64,000 bases of DNA from an uncultured Chloroflexia bacterium (GTDB lineage: Bacteria > Chloroflexota > Limnocylindria > Limnocylindrales > CSP1-4). The first letter of the stretch is position 1, and each line of letters opens with the position of its first letter. The notes beneath the pieces were generated by a model that ran no database searches, had not been told where the DNA came from, and saw nothing but the letters and a program-made list of their open reading frames with translations. A program made the position numbers and the translations under genes. Where the stretch lies: NCBI GenBank assembly GCA_963833225.1, contig CAWHXD010000007.1:512001-576000 (forward strand), written 5' to 3'. Below, in pieces: positions 1 to 9,813 of the stretch.

Positions 1-552
1 GGTGGCGGGGTCACGGAGCGCCAACCGGTCAAGAGCGGCGACTCCGGGCCGGCCGTGGACCTGTTGAAGGGCAAGCTCCTCCACCTGATGGTTGGCTGGC
101 CGCCCCCGCTGCCCGCTGGCGACACGTTCGACTCCCCGACCGCGGAGAGGGCCCGTGAGTTCCAGGAAGCATGCGGCCTCACGCCGTCGGGCGAGGCCGA
201 TGCCTCCACCTGGCACGCATTGGACAGCTTCACCAAGGCTGACGTGCCCCTCTCTGTCCTGGCGCCGATGCAGGCCCGGTTCGGGGAGGCCGTCGTGCTT
301 CAGAGGGCCGACCCGGCAGGCGCGCTGCCGATCTTCGAGGGCCTCAGGGACCAGGCCCGGACGCTCGGCCTTCACGAGATCGTGAAGTACTTCGAGGGAT
401 ATATCGGGCGCCAACACCGTCGACTGTCGAACTTCCCCGAGGCGCTCAATCATTTCAACCTGAATCTGGCCCGGAACATCCCGAACCCGGCCCATTTCAA
501 TGCCGTCCTGGAGGAGCTGCGCAAGGCCCGCGCGGGCATCGGGGAGGAGTGA
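1..552 (+). CDS. Peptidoglycan-binding domain protein with C-terminal TPR-like helices (5' partial)
   Basis: Frame open from base 1. GDSGPAVDLLKGKL...FDSPTAERAREFQEACGLTPSGEADASTW resembles PG_binding_1, followed by a helical region. Confidence 0.65.
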   Translation, partial: GGGVTERQPVKSGDSGPAVDLLKGKLLHLMVGWPPPLPAGDTFDSPTAERAREFQEACGLTPSGEADASTWHALDSFTKADVPLSVLAPMQARFGEAVVLQRADPAGALPIFEGLRDQARTLGLHEIVKYFEGYIGRQHRRLSNFPEALNHFNLNLARNIPNPAHFNAVLEELRKARAGIGEE

Positions 553-600
553 CGATGGCTCGGGCTGCCAGCCCCCGCGGACGGTAGCCCCGGCCTGCCC

Positions 601-1620
601 CTACCGCAGCCCCATCTTCTCCTTGACCTCGGCCATCGTGGCCTCCGCCATGGGCTTGAGGCGGTCCGCGCCGGCTTCGAGGATGCCGTCGATCTCGCGC
701 GGGTTGGCCATCAGCTCCGCGTAGCGCTCCCGGGCGGGGGCGTAGCGGTCGATGATCCGCTGGGCGAGCAGCTTCTTGGTGTCCACGCAGCCGGTGCGTG
801 CCGTGCGCTCGCCGTCCTGGATGTCCTCCCAGTCGTCGCCGAAGAAGCGGTGCAGCCCGCAGACGTTGCAGACCTCCGGGCGACCGGGATCCGTGCGCAG
901 GATCCGCTGCGTGTCGGTGACCATGCTCATCACCTGGCGCCGGATCTCGTCCGGCGAGGCCAGGATCTCGATCGTGTTGCCGACCGACTTGCTCATCTTC
1001 TTGACGCCGTCCGTACCCAGGACGACGGGCGCGGAGGTGTAGACCGCCTGCGGCTCCGGGAACGTGTCGCCGTAGCGGTGGTTGAACGCACGGACGATCT
1101 CGCGTGACAGCTCGAGATGCGCCGCCTGGTCCTTGCCGACCGGCACCATCGACGCCTTGTAGATCACGATGTCGGCCGCCTGCAGCACCGGGTACGTGAG
1201 CAGGCCGTGGTTCACGTCGTCGGGCTGGTTCGCGATCTTGTCCTTGTACGTTGGCGTCCGCTCCAGCCAGCTGACCGGCGTGACCGTGGACAGCAGCCAC
1301 ATCAGCTCGGTGTGCTCGGGGCGGTGGCTCTGGACGAACAGCGTGCAGCGCTCCGGGTCAAGACCGAGCGCCAGCAGGCTGGCCGCCATCTCGCGCGTGC
1401 GCACCCGCATGGCGTTCGCATCGTGGGTGCTGGTCAGCGCGTGGTAGTCGACGATGCAGTAGATCGCCTCGTACTCGTACTGGAGCATCACGTAGTTCCG
1501 GATCGCGCCGAGGTCGTTGCCCAGGTGGACGATCCCGGACGGCTGGATGCCCGAGAAGATGCGCGGACGGGGTGCCGGGGCCTCCGCTGGGGCGGGGGAC
1601 GGCATGAGCTCGATGGTCAT
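601..1620 (-). CDS. trpS: Tryptophanyl-tRNA synthetase
   Basis: FSGIQPSG..HLGN, YPVLQAADI, VPVGKDQ, KMSKS motifs. ATG at 1620 follows a TACACT -10-like hexamer. Confidence 0.97.
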   Translation of the reverse strand: MTIELMPSPAPAEAPAPRPRIFSGIQPSGIVHLGNDLGAIRNYVMLQYEYEAIYCIVDYHALTSTHDANAMRVRTREMAASLLALGLDPERCTLFVQSHRPEHTELMWLLSTVTPVSWLERTPTYKDKIANQPDDVNHGLLTYPVLQAADIVIYKASMVPVGKDQAAHLELSREIVRAFNHRYGDTFPEPQAVYTSAPVVLGTDGVKKMSKSVGNTIEILASPDEIRRQVMSMVTDTQRILRTDPGRPEVCNVCGLHRFFGDDWEDIQDGERTARTGCVDTKKLLAQRIIDRYAPARERYAELMANPREIDGILEAGADRLKPMAEATMAEVKEKMGLR

Positions 1621-1754
1621 TGGGGCGGAGTGTATCGGAGCGGAGGCCTGGGTCAGGGGGGTCGATGCCCGGCACGCCAGGTCGGTCCCTCGCGCCCACG
1701 CGCCTGCGTTCGCTACCATCGCGCCCACACCCTTCCGCTGCGAGAGCCCATACC

Positions 1755-2876
1755 GTGAGCGTTCAGCCCCTGCGCGTCGGCGTGATCGGCGCCGGCACCG
1801 TCGGCCGCGAGGTCGTCCGCGCCTTCCTCGAGCGGTCGCCCCGCCTGGTTCCACCCGACGGTGCGCCACTCGTGCTGACCGCTGTCGCCGAGAAGCTCAC
1901 CGACCGGGCGATCGCGGGCGGGATCCCGGCGGAGCTGCTGACAGACGCGCCCGCCCACCTGGTGGCGAGCGGCGACGTCGACGTGGTCGTGGAGACGATG
2001 GGCGGCGACGAGCCGGCTCACACGCTGGTGGCCGCCGCGCTCGCCGCGGGCAAGCACGTGGTCACCGCCAACAAGCACATCGTGGCCCACCACGGCCCGG
2101 AGCTGGAGCGGCTCGCGCGCGACAGCGGGGCCACGTTCCGGTTCGAGGCGGCGGTCGGCGGCGGGATCCCGGTGCTCGGTCCGATCGCCCAGGACCTGAC
2201 TGCCAACCGGATCTCACGTGTGCGCGGCATCGTCAACGGCACCACCAACTACATGCTCACCGCCATGGCCCACGAGGGTCGGGACTACGCGGAGGTGCTC
2301 GCGGAGGCCCAGTCGAAGGGGTACGCGGAGTTCGACCCGACGGCCGATGTCGAGGGCCTGGACGCGCTCAACAAGCTGGTCATCCTGGTACGGCTGGCGT
2401 TCGGTGCCTGGGTTGCCGTCGACGCCATCGACAACCGGCCCGGCACCACGAGCGGGTCCCGGGGCATGCCCGGCATCACGGGCGTGACCGCGGACGACGT
2501 GGCGACGATGACCCGCGAGGGCCGCGTGCTGCGACTCATCGCCACGTCGCGCCTCGCCGACGATGGCGCCATCGAGGCATCGGTCGTCCCGACAGCCGTC
2601 CCGGCTGGATCCGCGTTCGGGCGCTGCGACGGGGTGCTCAACCGGATCGAGGTGGATGCCACGCCGGTGGGCCGCGTCGCGTTCGAGGGACCCGGGGCCG
2701 GCGGCCCGGCCGCGGGCGCGGCCGTGCTCAGTGACCTCGTCTCGATCGCCCGGGGCCTCGGGTCCACCTGGGCCGGCTCGGCCGTGGCGACCGAGCTGTC
2801 CGCGATCGAGGTCCGGCCGGTCGCTGCCGAGTGCGTCGCCGGTCCGTCGGGCGCCTGCTACCCGGTCGGGGACTGA
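1755..2876 (+). CDS. hom: Homoserine dehydrogenase
   Basis: GAGTVG Rossmann motif, [29 protein letters not shown]. Confidence 0.95.
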   Translation: MSVQPLRVGVIGAGTVGREVVRAFLERSPRLVPPDGAPLVLTAVAEKLTDRAIAGGIPAELLTDAPAHLVASGDVDVVVETMGGDEPAHTLVAAALAAGKHVVTANKHIVAHHGPELERLARDSGATFRFEAAVGGGIPVLGPIAQDLTANRISRVRGIVNGTTNYMLTAMAHEGRDYAEVLAEAQSKGYAEFDPTADVEGLDALNKLVILVRLAFGAWVAVDAIDNRPGTTSGSRGMPGITGVTADDVATMTREGRVLRLIATSRLADDGAIEASVVPTAVPAGSAFGRCDGVLNRIEVDATPVGRVAFEGPGAGGPAAGAAVLSDLVSIARGLGSTWAGSAVATELSAIEVRPVAAECVAGPSGACYPVGD

Positions 2877-2881
2877 CCCGC

Positions 2882-3961
2882 ATGTCTGCCCCGCTGCCGC
2901 CCCGGCCCAGCCTCGTCGGGCGCTACCGCGAGTTCCTGCCGCTGACCGACGCCACGCCCGTGGTGTCCCTGGGCGAGGGGGCCACGCCGCTGATCCCCGC
3001 CCGGCGCCTGGGGGCGAGCATCGGCGTCCCCAACCTCCACCTCAAGTTCGAGGGGATGAACCCGACCGGGTCGTTCAAGGACCGGGGCATGGTGATGGCC
3101 GTGGCGAAGGCCCTCGAGGCCGGGGCACGGAGCGTGATCTGTGCGTCGACCGGCAACACCTCGGCTTCGGCTGCCGCCTACGCCGCCGCCGCGGGTCTCG
3201 AGTGCGTCGTGGTGCTGCCGGCCGGCAAGATCGCGCTGGGCAAGCTGCTCCAGGCCCTGGTGTTCGGAGCCCGGGTCGTGAGCGTCGACGGCAACTTCGA
3301 CGACGCGCTGCGGGTGGTCCGCGCGCTGTCGGAGCAGGACGAGCACCCGATCACGCTCGTCAACTCGCTCAACCCCTACCGGCTCGAGGGGCAGAAGACG
3401 GCGGCCTTCGAGGTCTGCGACGACCTGGGGCGAGCGCCCGACATCCTCGCGATCCCGGTCGGCAACGCGGGCAACATCAGCGCCTACTGGCGCGGCTTCC
3501 GCGAGTATCGCGACGCGGGCCGGATCGGGGCCACGCCGCGGATGTGGGGGTTCCAGGCCGCCGGCGCCGCGCCGCTGGTGGTCGGACACCCGATCGACAC
3601 GCCGGAGACGATTGCCACCGCCATCCGGATCGGCAACCCGGCGTCGTGGGACCTCGCGATCGGCGCCCGCGACGAGTCGGGCGGGCGGATCGATGCGGTG
3701 ACCGATGACCAGATCCTGCACGCCTACCGCGAGCTGACGCGACTCGAGGGGGTGTTCTGCGAACCGTCGTCGGCTGCGTCGGTGGCCGGGGTGACGATGG
3801 CCGCCGCGGCCGGCGAGGTCGACCCCGACGCGCTCGTCGTGTGCGTCCTGACCGGGAACGGCCTCAAGGACCCGCACACCGCGGAGAGCGGGCTCAGCGT
3901 CGAGATGCTCGAGGCCGAGCCGACCGTCGCCTCGGTCTCCCGGGCGCTCGGCTGGTGGTGA
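2882..3961 (+). CDS. thrC: Threonine synthase
   Basis: [13 protein letters not shown] lysine, [25 protein letters not shown]. Confidence 0.96.
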   Translation: MSAPLPPRPSLVGRYREFLPLTDATPVVSLGEGATPLIPARRLGASIGVPNLHLKFEGMNPTGSFKDRGMVMAVAKALEAGARSVICASTGNTSASAAAYAAAAGLECVVVLPAGKIALGKLLQALVFGARVVSVDGNFDDALRVVRALSEQDEHPITLVNSLNPYRLEGQKTAAFEVCDDLGRAPDILAIPVGNAGNISAYWRGFREYRDAGRIGATPRMWGFQAAGAAPLVVGHPIDTPETIATAIRIGNPASWDLAIGARDESGGRIDAVTDDQILHAYRELTRLEGVFCEPSSAASVAGVTMAAAAGEVDPDALVVCVLTGNGLKDPHTAESGLSVEMLEAEPTVASVSRALGWW

Positions 3962-4974
3962 TGCCCCCGGGCAAGGTCCCGATCGCCAACCCGCCGGTTC
4001 CGCCCCCCGCGCCGCTTGACGAGGCGGCCTGGGCATCGCTGGTCGGCCGGCGCCTGGTCATCGATGTGCCCGCCTCCACGGCCAATCTCGGGGCGGGCTA
4101 TGACTGCCTGGGCCTCGCGCTCGACGTGTGCAACACGGTGTCCGTGGTGGCGGTTGAGGGTGACGGCGGGCTGGAGCTCGAGGTGAGTGGCGAGGGCGTC
4201 GGCGAGCTGCCGGCGGTCCGGGACAACCGGTTCGTCGCGGGGCTGGAGAGCGCGCTCGAGGCGTCGATCGGGCCGCGACCCGCCGCCATCGGCTGGCGGA
4301 TCGCGATGCACAACCGGATCCCGCTCGCCCGCGGCATGGGCTCGTCCGCGGCGGCGTCGGTGGGCGGGGTGGTCGCGGGTCACGTGCTGGGCGGCCGGCG
4401 TCTTACCGAGGGCGAGCAGCTGCGGTTGGCGACGGCGCTCGAGGGCCACCCCGACAACGCCTCGGCGGCGCTCCTTGGCGGGTTCGTCGTGTCGGCACAC
4501 CTGGGCGAGCGGGTGGAGGCGGTGCGCTTTGATGCCCCCGATGGGTTGCTCGCCGTGCTGTTCATCCCGGAGCGGCGGCTGTCCACGGCGGACATGCGCC
4601 GCGTCCTGCCGGCGGAGGTTCCGCTGCGGGACGCCGTCTCCAACATGAGCCGGATCGCGATCGGTGTCGCCGGCATCGCCAGCGGCCGGTACGAGCTGCT
4701 GGCGGACCTCACGGTGGACCGGATCCACGAACCCTACCGATCGGTCGCCTACCCGCAGCTGCCCAGGCTCACGGGCGCCGCCCGGGCGGCAGGGGCGCTC
4801 GGAGCGTTCCTCTCGGGGGCCGGATCCACGGTGCTGGCGTTCGTCGCGCCGGGTGCCGATGCCGGACCCGTGGAGCGGGCGCTCGCCGAGGCCGCCGCCG
4901 CCGTGGACCTCGAGGGGCGCACGGCCATCGTGTCGCCGCGGAACGCCGGTCCCACGGTGGTCGAAGGCGCCTGA
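3961..4974 (+). CDS. thrB: Homoserine kinase
   Basis: PASTANLGAGYD, IPLARGMGSSAAA GHMP motif, EGHPDN, LSGAGST. Start overlaps the thrC stop. Confidence 0.95.
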   Translation: MPPGKVPIANPPVPPPAPLDEAAWASLVGRRLVIDVPASTANLGAGYDCLGLALDVCNTVSVVAVEGDGGLELEVSGEGVGELPAVRDNRFVAGLESALEASIGPRPAAIGWRIAMHNRIPLARGMGSSAAASVGGVVAGHVLGGRRLTEGEQLRLATALEGHPDNASAALLGGFVVSAHLGERVEAVRFDAPDGLLAVLFIPERRLSTADMRRVLPAEVPLRDAVSNMSRIAIGVAGIASGRYELLADLTVDRIHEPYRSVAYPQLPRLTGAARAAGALGAFLSGAGSTVLAFVAPGADAGPVERALAEAAAAVDLEGRTAIVSPRNAGPTVVEGA

Positions 4975-5021
4975 AGCCCGGCTCGCGACCGCCTCCGCTC
5001 GCCCAGAGTCGGCAGCCGGAC

Positions 5022-5696
5022 CTAGGGCAGCCGGACCTCCGGGGCCGCCGTGCCCTCAGGCACGAACGTGTCCGGCTGGGGCTCGCCACGGACCATGGAC
5101 AACGGGACGGTGCCGCCCCACGCCGGCCACGTCTCGTCGCCGGCGTCCTCGTGAAGGCCCTCCGCGCGGACCTTGGCCGAAGCCTCGGACAGGTCGATCC
5201 ACATCACGGATGTCGCCTTGCGGTCCGACGCGGTCATGGGCCGGAGCTGGGCCCAGCGGCCGGGGAACAGGTGCTCCACGAACGCCGCGAGCGCGGCCTC
5301 GGCCTCGGCGTCGTCAGTCACCAGGTGGGCCGTGCCGAGGGCCATGACCGACCGGTAGTCGAGCGAGTGGTTCATCCCGGTCCGCGACAGGACCAGCGAG
5401 TCCAGGTGGGTCACGGTGACGCACACGCGCTGGCCGTCGTTCGCCCGGAGCATCCGGCTGGCGGCAGATCCGTGCCAGTACAGCCGATCACCCTGGCGCC
5501 AGACGGCCGTTGGCGTCGCATACGGCTGACCGTCCTGCACCCAGGCCACGGTGCCGGCGATCGCGCTGTCGAGGACGGCATCAACCGTCGCGCGGTCGTA
5601 GTGACCGCGCTTCGGCTTGCGCCGCACGCGGACACGATCGGACGGCGGACCGGGAGACGATCCCGGTGTCGGGCCCGCGGGACGCTCCGGGCTCAC
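5022..5696 (-). CDS. Pyridoxamine 5'-phosphate oxidase-like FMN-binding protein (NimA-like)
   Basis: RGHYDRATVDAVLD, LYWHGSAASRML, HSLDYRSVMALG, SAKVR motifs. GTG overlaps the upstream stop (GTGA). Confidence 0.88.
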   Translation of the reverse strand: MSPERPAGPTPGSSPGPPSDRVRVRRKPKRGHYDRATVDAVLDSAIAGTVAWVQDGQPYATPTAVWRQGDRLYWHGSAASRMLRANDGQRVCVTVTHLDSLVLSRTGMNHSLDYRSVMALGTAHLVTDDAEAEAALAAFVEHLFPGRWAQLRPMTASDRKATSVMWIDLSEASAKVRAEGLHEDAGDETWPAWGGTVPLSMVRGEPQPDTFVPEGTAAPEVRLP

Positions 5697-5920
5697 TTGC
5701 GGTACAGGATCCAGAGCGTGACGCCCGTGGGCGGTGGCGCGTAGCCGTAGGCCGGGTTGGGAGCGCCTGCTCCTGTCGACACGGCCCCGATGTTCGTGAT
5801 GCGCCAGCCCTCGGGCGCGCGCCTGGCCGCGTCGGCGGCCACCCAGTCCCACAACGGATCACCCAGGGTCGTGTCGGCGGTGACGAGGAGCTGGTCGTCG
5901 CCGATGAGCCGTTCCTTCAT
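5693..5920 (-). CDS. Small hypothetical protein (75 aa)
   Basis: ATG with GAGGA upstream, protein-like composition, translationally coupled to the downstream gene. Confidence 0.6.
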   Translation of the reverse strand: MKERLIGDDQLLVTADTTLGDPLWDWVAADAARRAPEGWRITNIGAVSTGAGAPNPAYGYAPPPTGVTLWILYRK

Positions 5921-6020
5921 CGAGTCCTCGTTGCACTGCTACGTGGAAGTGGACGGTGACAGGGTACGCGGCTCGGGCGGCGCCGGCAGCGTGTTGACGC
6001 GCCGTCGCAGACTGCGAGCC

Positions 6021-6206
6021 ATGGACGGGCTCACGCGAGCGATCGGCGACGGGATCACGAGCCTGGTGGGTGGGTCCCTCGGCTTCATCTGGTCCGCGTT
6101 CAGTGGGATCGTGGCCGCCCTGAGCGCGGCGCTGCCCGCCGGCGCGCTGCCGGTCATCGTGGTGGCCGTGGTGCTGGTCGTCTTCTGGCGGGTGCTCCGG
6201 CACTGA
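6021..6206 (+). CDS. Small membrane protein
   Basis: 61-aa ORF with a hydrophobic C-terminal helix. CAGACT hexamer 7 nt before ATG. Confidence 0.6.
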   Translation: MDGLTRAIGDGITSLVGGSLGFIWSAFSGIVAALSAALPAGALPVIVVAVVLVVFWRVLRH

Positions 6207-6271
6207 CCGGCGCCCGTCGGCCGCAGGGATGTGGAACGAGGTCCCGGCGTGGACCGCGGCCTCCACTCGGG

Positions 6272-6724
6272 TCAGGCCAGCCAGCGACCGTCACGCATCA
6301 CGTCACGTCCACGCTGCTCGCCATACCCCCGGTATGCCTGGATCCGGACCGGCCGCAGGCGGAAGTAGCGCCAGTCATCCCCCTCCTCGGCCGGATCCCA
6401 ACCGACGGCGTGCCGGAACGCGGCAGCGATCTCACCCGCGTCCGTCATGGCGGGCGTCGTGCCCCTGACCACGACATCGAGCATGACCACGTCGGCCGGC
6501 GACCCGACCGCGACCCTCGCCCGGCCCGTCTCGTCGAGGTTGCGGGCCGTTGGGCTGCCGTCCCGGGTGGCGACGACCAGCTCGGTGCCGTTCCAGGCAC
6601 CTGAGACGGCGATGAGGTGGGCGCCGCCCGCGCGGCCGGCCGTGGCAAGCCAGGCGTCACCTTGCTGGTCGAGAAGGGCGGTCGCATCCGCGCGGCGCTG
6701 GACGGTCGATCGTTGCTCGCTCAT
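6272..6724 (-). CDS. Pyridoxamine 5'-phosphate oxidase family protein
   Basis: AWLATAG..HLIAVS, SPTARNL split-barrel pattern. Divergent from the MocR regulator. Confidence 0.82.
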   Translation of the reverse strand: MSEQRSTVQRRADATALLDQQGDAWLATAGRAGGAHLIAVSGAWNGTELVVATRDGSPTARNLDETGRARVAVGSPADVVMLDVVVRGTTPAMTDAGEIAAAFRHAVGWDPAEEGDDWRYFRLRPVRIQAYRGYGEQRGRDVMRDGRWLA

Positions 6725-6743
6725 GGGGCGAGCGTAGCTGACT

Positions 6744-6802
6744 CATTGGTCCTACGGAAGTGCCATTGCGGCGCCAACACATTGATCCAATCGCGGTACC
6801 AT
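6744..6802. promoter_or_regulatory. Divergent promoter region with putative MocR/PdxR operator
   Basis: CCA(A/T) cores at 6763, 6774, 6787 and 6799 plus an inverted ATTGG at 6745, the direct plus inverted layout typical of MocR sites. Confidence 0.5.
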
Positions 6803-6809
6803 CGCGTGA

Positions 6810-8321
6810 GTGGACGTGCACGTGACGCTCGGTGCGCGCGGGGACCGTTCGGCGCGCATCTACCGCCAGCTCCGGGCTGGGATCCTCGATGGTCGCCTCC
6901 GGGCGGGCGAGCGGCTGCCGCCCACCCGTGATCTCGCGTCGCAGCTGGCCGTATCGCGCAATACCGTTGCCACCGCCTACGAGCTGCTCACGGCGGAGGG
7001 CTTCGTCATCGCCAGGGTTGGGGCCGGAACGTACGTGGCCGCGGATCGCCCGGAGCCGCCCGTCGGGGTTGGGGATGCGACGACGCTCGCCGGGGGGCCC
7101 ACCACCCGGTCTGCCATGCCGCGACCGAGGGCCGGCTGGGAGGCGCTGATCGCCACGTCCCGGCCCGCCGCCACGCCTGTCGGCCCGCCGCCACGCTTCG
7201 ACTTCCGCGTCGGGGCGCCGGACGCGAGGCTGTTCCCGCTCGCGGCATGGCGGCGGATGGTCGGCCGGGCGCTCGAGCCGGCCCTGATCGGCACCGGCGC
7301 GTATGGCGACCCGGCGGGAGATCCGGCACTGCGCGCCGCGCTGGCTCGGCACGTCGGGGTGTCACGAGCGGTTCGCGCTCGCCCCGAGGACATCGTGGTC
7401 ACCAGCGGGGCACAGCAGGCGCTCGACCTCGCCGGGCGGGTGTTGATCGAGCCCGGTGGGTGCGTCGCCGTGGAGGAACCGGGTTACCCGCCGGCTCGCC
7501 GGCTGTTCACCGCGCTCGGCGCGCAGGTCGAGCTCGTCCCCGTCGACGCCGATGGTCTGCGCGTCGACGCCCTGCCCGACGCCGCCCGCCTCGTCTACGT
7601 CACGCCATCGCACCAGTTCCCGCTCGGGGTGACGATGTCCATGGCACGGCGAACGGCGCTGCTCGCCTGGGCAGAGCGCCACGACGCGGTCGTGATCGAG
7701 GACGACTACGACAGCGAGTTCCGGTTTGGCGCGCGTCCGCTCGAACCACTCCAGGCCCTCGATCGGGGCGGGCGCGTGCTGTATGTCGGGTCGTTCTCCA
7801 AGACCCTGCTGCCCGCGCTCCGGCTCGGGTTCCTCGTGGCGCCCCCCTCGCTCGGCGACGCGCTCCGGGCGGCGAAGGGTCTCGCCGACTGGCACGGGGA
7901 CCTGCCGACCCAGGTGGCGATGGCCGGCTTCATCGACGAGGGGCTGCTGGCCCGTCATCTGCGACGGGCCCGTCGCGCCTACCAGGACCGACACGAACGG
8001 CTGGTCGCGGCGATGGACCGCGAGCTCGGCGCCTGGCTCGAGGTGATCCCATCCCACGCGGGGCTGCACGTCTGCGCGCGGCTGCGTGCCGCGGGCGTCG
8101 TCGACGTCGACGGTGTCGTCGATCGCGCGCGGGCGCATGGCGTGGCCGTGGAGCGGCTCGACGCCTACTGCGCCGGCGAGCCCCAACCCGGCCTCGTTGT
8201 CGGCTACGGCTCGATCCCGATCGGGGCGATCGACGAGGGGATCACGCGTCTTGGGGAGGCGTTCCGGGCAGGAGGAGTGGAACCTCAGGGGGTGCCAAGG
8301 CCGCCCACCACAGGCGAGTGA
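6810..8321 (+). CDS. MocR/PdxR-family GntR regulator with PLP aminotransferase domain
   Basis: wHTH (LPPTRDLASQLAVSRNTV), YVTPSHQFPLG, IEDDYDSEF, SFSKTLLPALRLG. Confidence 0.95.
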   Translation: MDVHVTLGARGDRSARIYRQLRAGILDGRLRAGERLPPTRDLASQLAVSRNTVATAYELLTAEGFVIARVGAGTYVAADRPEPPVGVGDATTLAGGPTTRSAMPRPRAGWEALIATSRPAATPVGPPPRFDFRVGAPDARLFPLAAWRRMVGRALEPALIGTGAYGDPAGDPALRAALARHVGVSRAVRARPEDIVVTSGAQQALDLAGRVLIEPGGCVAVEEPGYPPARRLFTALGAQVELVPVDADGLRVDALPDAARLVYVTPSHQFPLGVTMSMARRTALLAWAERHDAVVIEDDYDSEFRFGARPLEPLQALDRGGRVLYVGSFSKTLLPALRLGFLVAPPSLGDALRAAKGLADWHGDLPTQVAMAGFIDEGLLARHLRRARRAYQDRHERLVAAMDRELGAWLEVIPSHAGLHVCARLRAAGVVDVDGVVDRARAHGVAVERLDAYCAGEPQPGLVVGYGSIPIGAIDEGITRLGEAFRAGGVEPQGVPRPPTTGE

Positions 8322-8451
8322 CGCATGGAGCCGGCCGCCTGTCGGCCGGCAAGCCGCCGGTCGGCGCCGTTCGGGCCCGGGCGGGAGCTGGACGGACGGC
8401 TGGGTCTGGCGACGATGTCGACCTGCCCGTACCCCATCAACACCCGGATGG

Positions 8452-8612
8452 GGCTTCGCCTGGATCGGCTTGATCGCGATCTGGATCAGATCCAGCGTGG
8501 GCACACGGGAACCGCGCGACCAAACCCGGTTGTCGGGTCCCGGGCCCCGAGGGGAGTGGCCGATCTCGATGCAGATGGCGTTCAAGGAGCCGCGGACAGC
8601 ACTTGGGGAGCC
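8452..8612 (+). ncRNA. Candidate structured RNA between convergent genes
   Basis: End-to-end pairing GGCTTC/GGAGCC, internal hairpins (CTGGATC-A-GATCCAG; CGGGA..GCGACC/GGTTGT..TCCCG). No credible ORF. Confidence 0.3.
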
Positions 8613-8672
8613 GCCGCTGGCGCCCGCAACCCGGGCCCGGTGCCCGCGCTCAGGACTCGGCGAGACGGGACG

Positions 8673-8933
8673 CTAGCGCTCCGCTCCCGGGGGCCCGTCC
8701 CCATCGCCGGCCGCGTCGTCGGCACGCCGGGGGCCGCCCTGCGGGGGCGGGGTCCAGGCGTGGCTTGCGTACCGCAGCTGGCGCTGGAGCAGCTCGTCGT
8801 CGAGGCGACGTGCCTCCTCGAGCAGCAGCTCCCGGTCCCGGGCCTGCTCGTCGGCGACCGGCCCGGCTCCCGGGTCGGTGTCCGGCCCCTCCGGCTGCGC
8901 CCCGCCACCCAGGATCCGTCGCAGGAAGCCCAT
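8673..8933 (-). CDS. Hypothetical protein (86 aa)
   Basis: MGFLRRILGG amphipathic start, directly downstream of the hydrolase stop. Confidence 0.65.
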   Translation of the reverse strand: MGFLRRILGGGAQPEGPDTDPGAGPVADEQARDRELLLEEARRLDDELLQRQLRYASHAWTPPPQGGPRRADDAAGDGDGPPGAER

Positions 8934-8935
8934 CG

Positions 8936-9700
8936 TCAGGCCTCTCGCCCGAGGCCCATGAACGCGAGAACCTCGGCCCACGCCGCCGTCGAGGCCTCCT
9001 CGAACGCCTCCTGCTTGCGGTCGAAGAACGAATGCGGCGCGCCCGGGTAGGTGATCACGCGGTGCTCGACGCCGGCAGCCCCGAGTGCCGCGTCGAATGC
9101 CTCGACGGACCCTGCGTCGATCCCCTGGTCCGCGCCGCCGAAGATCCCCAGCACCGGTGCCTCGAACGAGCCGGCGACCTCTGCCGGCGCGGGGGTGCCG
9201 TTGCGCGACTGGCCGGTCGGCCACCCATAGAACCCGACGACACCAGCCAGGCCGAGCCCGAACCCATCGCTCAGGAACGCGAGCCGTCCGCCCATGCAGA
9301 AGCCGATCGTGAACACGCGGGTCACGCCCGTTGCCGCCCGGAGCCGCTCCACCGCGGTCGACACATCGGCCCGGAGACCGTCGTACGTCGTCTGCGGCAC
9401 GTGCGACGCCCAGTCGAAGCCGGGTCCGCGGTCGCCGATGCCGGCAGTCCGCCCGAAGTAGTCGATGGCGATCGCGTCGACCCCGTGCTCGGCGAACCGC
9501 AGCGCCAGGTCCCGGTAGTAGCCGTGGAGACCCCGGACATCGGGCAGGACGACCATGCCGGCGCCGCTCGGCTCCGCGGCCCTGGCGAGCCAGGCGGCGA
9601 ACCGGTTGCCGTCCGGGGCCTCGAGGGCGATCTCCGCGGAATCGAGGGAGCCACCCTCGATCGGGGTGATCGGCGGTCTCGAATCGTCGTCGAAGCACAT
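8936..9700 (-). CDS. Dienelactone hydrolase family protein
   Basis: PDVRGL, GFCMGG nucleophile elbow, GGADQ, YPGAPHSF. Confidence 0.93.
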   Translation of the reverse strand: MCFDDDSRPPITPIEGGSLDSAEIALEAPDGNRFAAWLARAAEPSGAGMVVLPDVRGLHGYYRDLALRFAEHGVDAIAIDYFGRTAGIGDRGPGFDWASHVPQTTYDGLRADVSTAVERLRAATGVTRVFTIGFCMGGRLAFLSDGFGLGLAGVVGFYGWPTGQSRNGTPAPAEVAGSFEAPVLGIFGGADQGIDAGSVEAFDAALGAAGVEHRVITYPGAPHSFFDRKQEAFEEASTAAWAEVLAFMGLGREA

Positions 9701-9813
9701 GGATGGGCACCTCCGGGGGCAGCAGGTGCGCTGATTGTGGCGCAGGCGCGCGATGCGTGGCGTGGACCACGCTCCGGGCCGGAATCCGCACCCCCTCTTG
9801 TAGAATGCGAGCC

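Noticed and set aside
1621-1754. T-box or attenuator for trpS or the thr operon
   Set aside because: The intergenic region is short and divergent, with no T-box motif or Thr-rich leader peptide.
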